Below, piece by piece: positions 62,453 to 64,000 of a stretch of DNA of 64,000 bases. This stretch comes from Patescibacteria group bacterium. Lineage in GTDB: Bacteria > Patescibacteriota > Dojkabacteria > JAKAPS01. Where the stretch lies: assembly GCA_025450075.1 (NCBI GenBank), contig JANWIC010000003.1, positions 32,800-96,799 of the forward strand, written 5' to 3'. The notes under the pieces are model-generated. The model had not been told where the DNA came from. It worked only from the letters and a program-made list of their open reading frames with translations, and did no database searches. Within the stretch, counting starts at the first letter, position 1, and each line of letters starts with the position of its first letter. The position numbers were made by a program, and so were the translations under genes.

Positions 62453-62536
62453 TTGCCAAAATTCTTCTCGTATGCTACAATACTGCCATATTATTTCACA
62501 TGCAGATAAGCTTTCTTTGATTATCAATTATCTGCA
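62453..62536 (+). promoter_or_regulatory. Candidate rpsB promoter (TTGCCA-N17-TACAAT) and a leader hairpin (TGCAGATAA...TTATCTGCA)
   Basis: -35 at 62453-62458 and -10 at 62476-62481. A 9-bp inverted repeat at 62501-62509 / 62528-62536 sits just upstream of the RBS. Confidence 0.4.
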
Positions 62537-62563
62537 GAGGTTTAAAAGAAAGGAAAAACCACA

Positions 62564-63385
62564 ATGGCAACATTACCATCAGTAAAAGACCTGCTGGAAG
62601 CAGGCGTGCACTTCGGCCATCAAACAAAAAGATGGAACCCGAAAATGAGAGAATTCATCTTCACTCAGAAGAATGATATACATATTATTGACCTATCCAA
62701 GACTCTTATTAATCTTGAAGAAGCAGTCAATTTTCTTGAAAGCAAAGTATCTTCAGGAGGAAGCATTCTTTTTGTAGGAACAAAGAGACAAGCCCAAGAA
62801 GTTGTCGAAGATATTGCAAAAAGAACAGGTGTTTTTTATGTGACAAACCGATGGGTTGGAGGACTCCTTACCAATTTTTCCATTACAAAAAAGAACATCA
62901 ATAAAATGATTGAGTTGCAAATGGGTATGGAGAAAGGTTTTGAGAACAGAACAAAGCAAGAAATTTCTTTAATGGGAAAAGAGCTTGAAAGATTAGAAAG
63001 ACTGTATGGAGGGATTAAAGGACTAATGGGAAAACCTTCTGTTATTGTTCTTGCTGATCCTCACCATGAACGAATTGCAGTAAAGGAAGCACAAAAACTG
63101 GGTATTCCGGTTATTGGTGTTGTTGATACCAATTGCGATCCGGATGAAGTAACCTATGCAATTCCTGGAAATGATGATGCGATTAAATCTATCTCATTGT
63201 TCTTTAATCTGTTCGCTCAAGTGATAGACGATGCAAAGAAAAACATTGCATCAAAAGAAGAAAAAGTTGAAGTACCAGCTGAAAAAACAGAGAAAAAGAC
63301 AGAACCAAAAAAAGATACTAAAGAAAAGAAAGCTGTTGTAAAGACAAAGGCAGATACAAAGAAAACGAAAGCAAAAAATTCCTAA
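62564..63385 (+). CDS. rpsB: 30S ribosomal protein S2 with a Lys-rich C-terminal extension
   Basis: The N-terminus LLEAGVHFGHQTKRWNPKM is the classic S2 start. C-terminal KK-rich tail. Confidence 0.95.
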   Translation: MATLPSVKDLLEAGVHFGHQTKRWNPKMREFIFTQKNDIHIIDLSKTLINLEEAVNFLESKVSSGGSILFVGTKRQAQEVVEDIAKRTGVFYVTNRWVGGLLTNFSITKKNINKMIELQMGMEKGFENRTKQEISLMGKELERLERLYGGIKGLMGKPSVIVLADPHHERIAVKEAQKLGIPVIGVVDTNCDPDEVTYAIPGNDDAIKSISLFFNLFAQVIDDAKKNIASKEEKVEVPAEKTEKKTEPKKDTKEKKAVVKTKADTKKTKAKNS

Positions 63386-63400
63386 ATTATTCTGACCCAT

Positions 63401-63982
63401 ATGACAAGTATTGAAGATATTAAAAAACTAAGAGAAATGACTTCAGTTGGAGTTGCTGATGCAAAAAAAGCATTGGAAGCTTCAAACGGTGATTTTGATA
63501 AAGCAAAAGACTGGCTTCGAAAAAAGGGCCTTACAAAAGCAGTTGAAAAGGCAGATAGGGACGCACGTGAAGGATTAGTCGGGAGCTATATTCATCAAAC
63601 AGGAAAAATTGGTGTTTTGGTTGAAATTAATTGTGAAACCGATTTTGTCGCAAGGACTGATGATTTTAAAAATTTTGCACATGATATTGCGATGCATATC
63701 GCAGCTTTTGATCCTGAATTTGTTTCTTCAGAAGATATTGATAAAAAGACTTTGGATAAAGTAAAAGAGGAGTATGCAGATGAAGTAAAATCAAAACCAG
63801 CTGCTGTTCAAGAACAAATTATGAAAGGGAAACTTGAGAAATATTATTCTCAGGTATGTCTTTTAAACCAACCCTTTATCAAAGATGATTCAATAACAGT
63901 CGGTGAGTTGGTTGGAGAAATGGTCGGAAAGTTAGGGGAAAATATTAAAATAGGGAAGTTTAGCCGTATCCAAATAGGATAA
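63401..63982 (+). CDS. tsf: Elongation factor Ts (short form)
   Basis: The N-terminal UBA-like LREMTSVGVADAKKALEASNGDFDKA and the conserved TDFVA motif. It follows rpsB. 193 aa. Confidence 0.9.
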   Translation: MTSIEDIKKLREMTSVGVADAKKALEASNGDFDKAKDWLRKKGLTKAVEKADRDAREGLVGSYIHQTGKIGVLVEINCETDFVARTDDFKNFAHDIAMHIAAFDPEFVSSEDIDKKTLDKVKEEYADEVKSKPAAVQEQIMKGKLEKYYSQVCLLNQPFIKDDSITVGELVGEMVGKLGENIKIGKFSRIQIG

Positions 63983-64000
63983 TTGCAAAATATACTTCTT

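Overview
This is a low-GC (mid-30s %), gene-dense bacterial chromosomal window. It carries one complete rRNA operon: 16S, tRNA-Ile(GAT), tRNA-Ala(TGC), 23S and 5S. The 23S gene is interrupted by a roughly 834-nt intron-like insertion. The insertion sits at the peptidyl-transferase-centre site equivalent to E. coli U2500 and encodes a frameshifted double-motif LAGLIDADG homing endonuclease. Downstream are housekeeping genes (mostly plus strand, with several minus-strand blocks): rpsA, clpC-radA, rho, leuS, a cyclophilin, a J-domain protein, two tandem ndk paralogs, a sortase, a PEGA/beta-propeller surface protein, and a second MreB paralog translationally coupled to an O-antigen-ligase-like (Wzy_C) membrane protein. 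They are followed by a GT5 glycogen-synthase-like glycosyltransferase and a minus-strand ribosomal operon: tRNA-Thr, tRNA-Thr, rpmG, tRNA-Trp, secE, nusG, rplK, rplA, rplJ, rplL. The operon has a consensus promoter, and secE (58 aa) was missed by the ORF track. The remaining genes are an M50 (site-2) protease, rpmB, priA, mreBCD, a DUF4143-type ATPase, a putative T-box leader in front of trpS, PBP2, topA, nth, rsmE, an orphan histidine kinase and rpsB-tsf. Eleven tRNAs were found, including all three Ala isoacceptors. The genetic code is standard. The compact ribosomal proteins, the LAGLIDADG intron in 23S, PBP2 without RodA and the short intergenic leaders fit a small-genome, possibly uncultivated (Patescibacteria/CPR-like) lineage. 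That is inference only. There is no CRISPR array, integrase, transposase or recognisable defence island. The most unusual loci are the cell-envelope cluster at 31.5-37.9 kb (sortase, PEGA-propeller, MreB paralog coupled to a Wzy_C ligase, GT5), the tandem insertion-bearing NDK pair, a 595-aa protein with scattered ThyX-like motifs, and the decaying homing-endonuclease intron.
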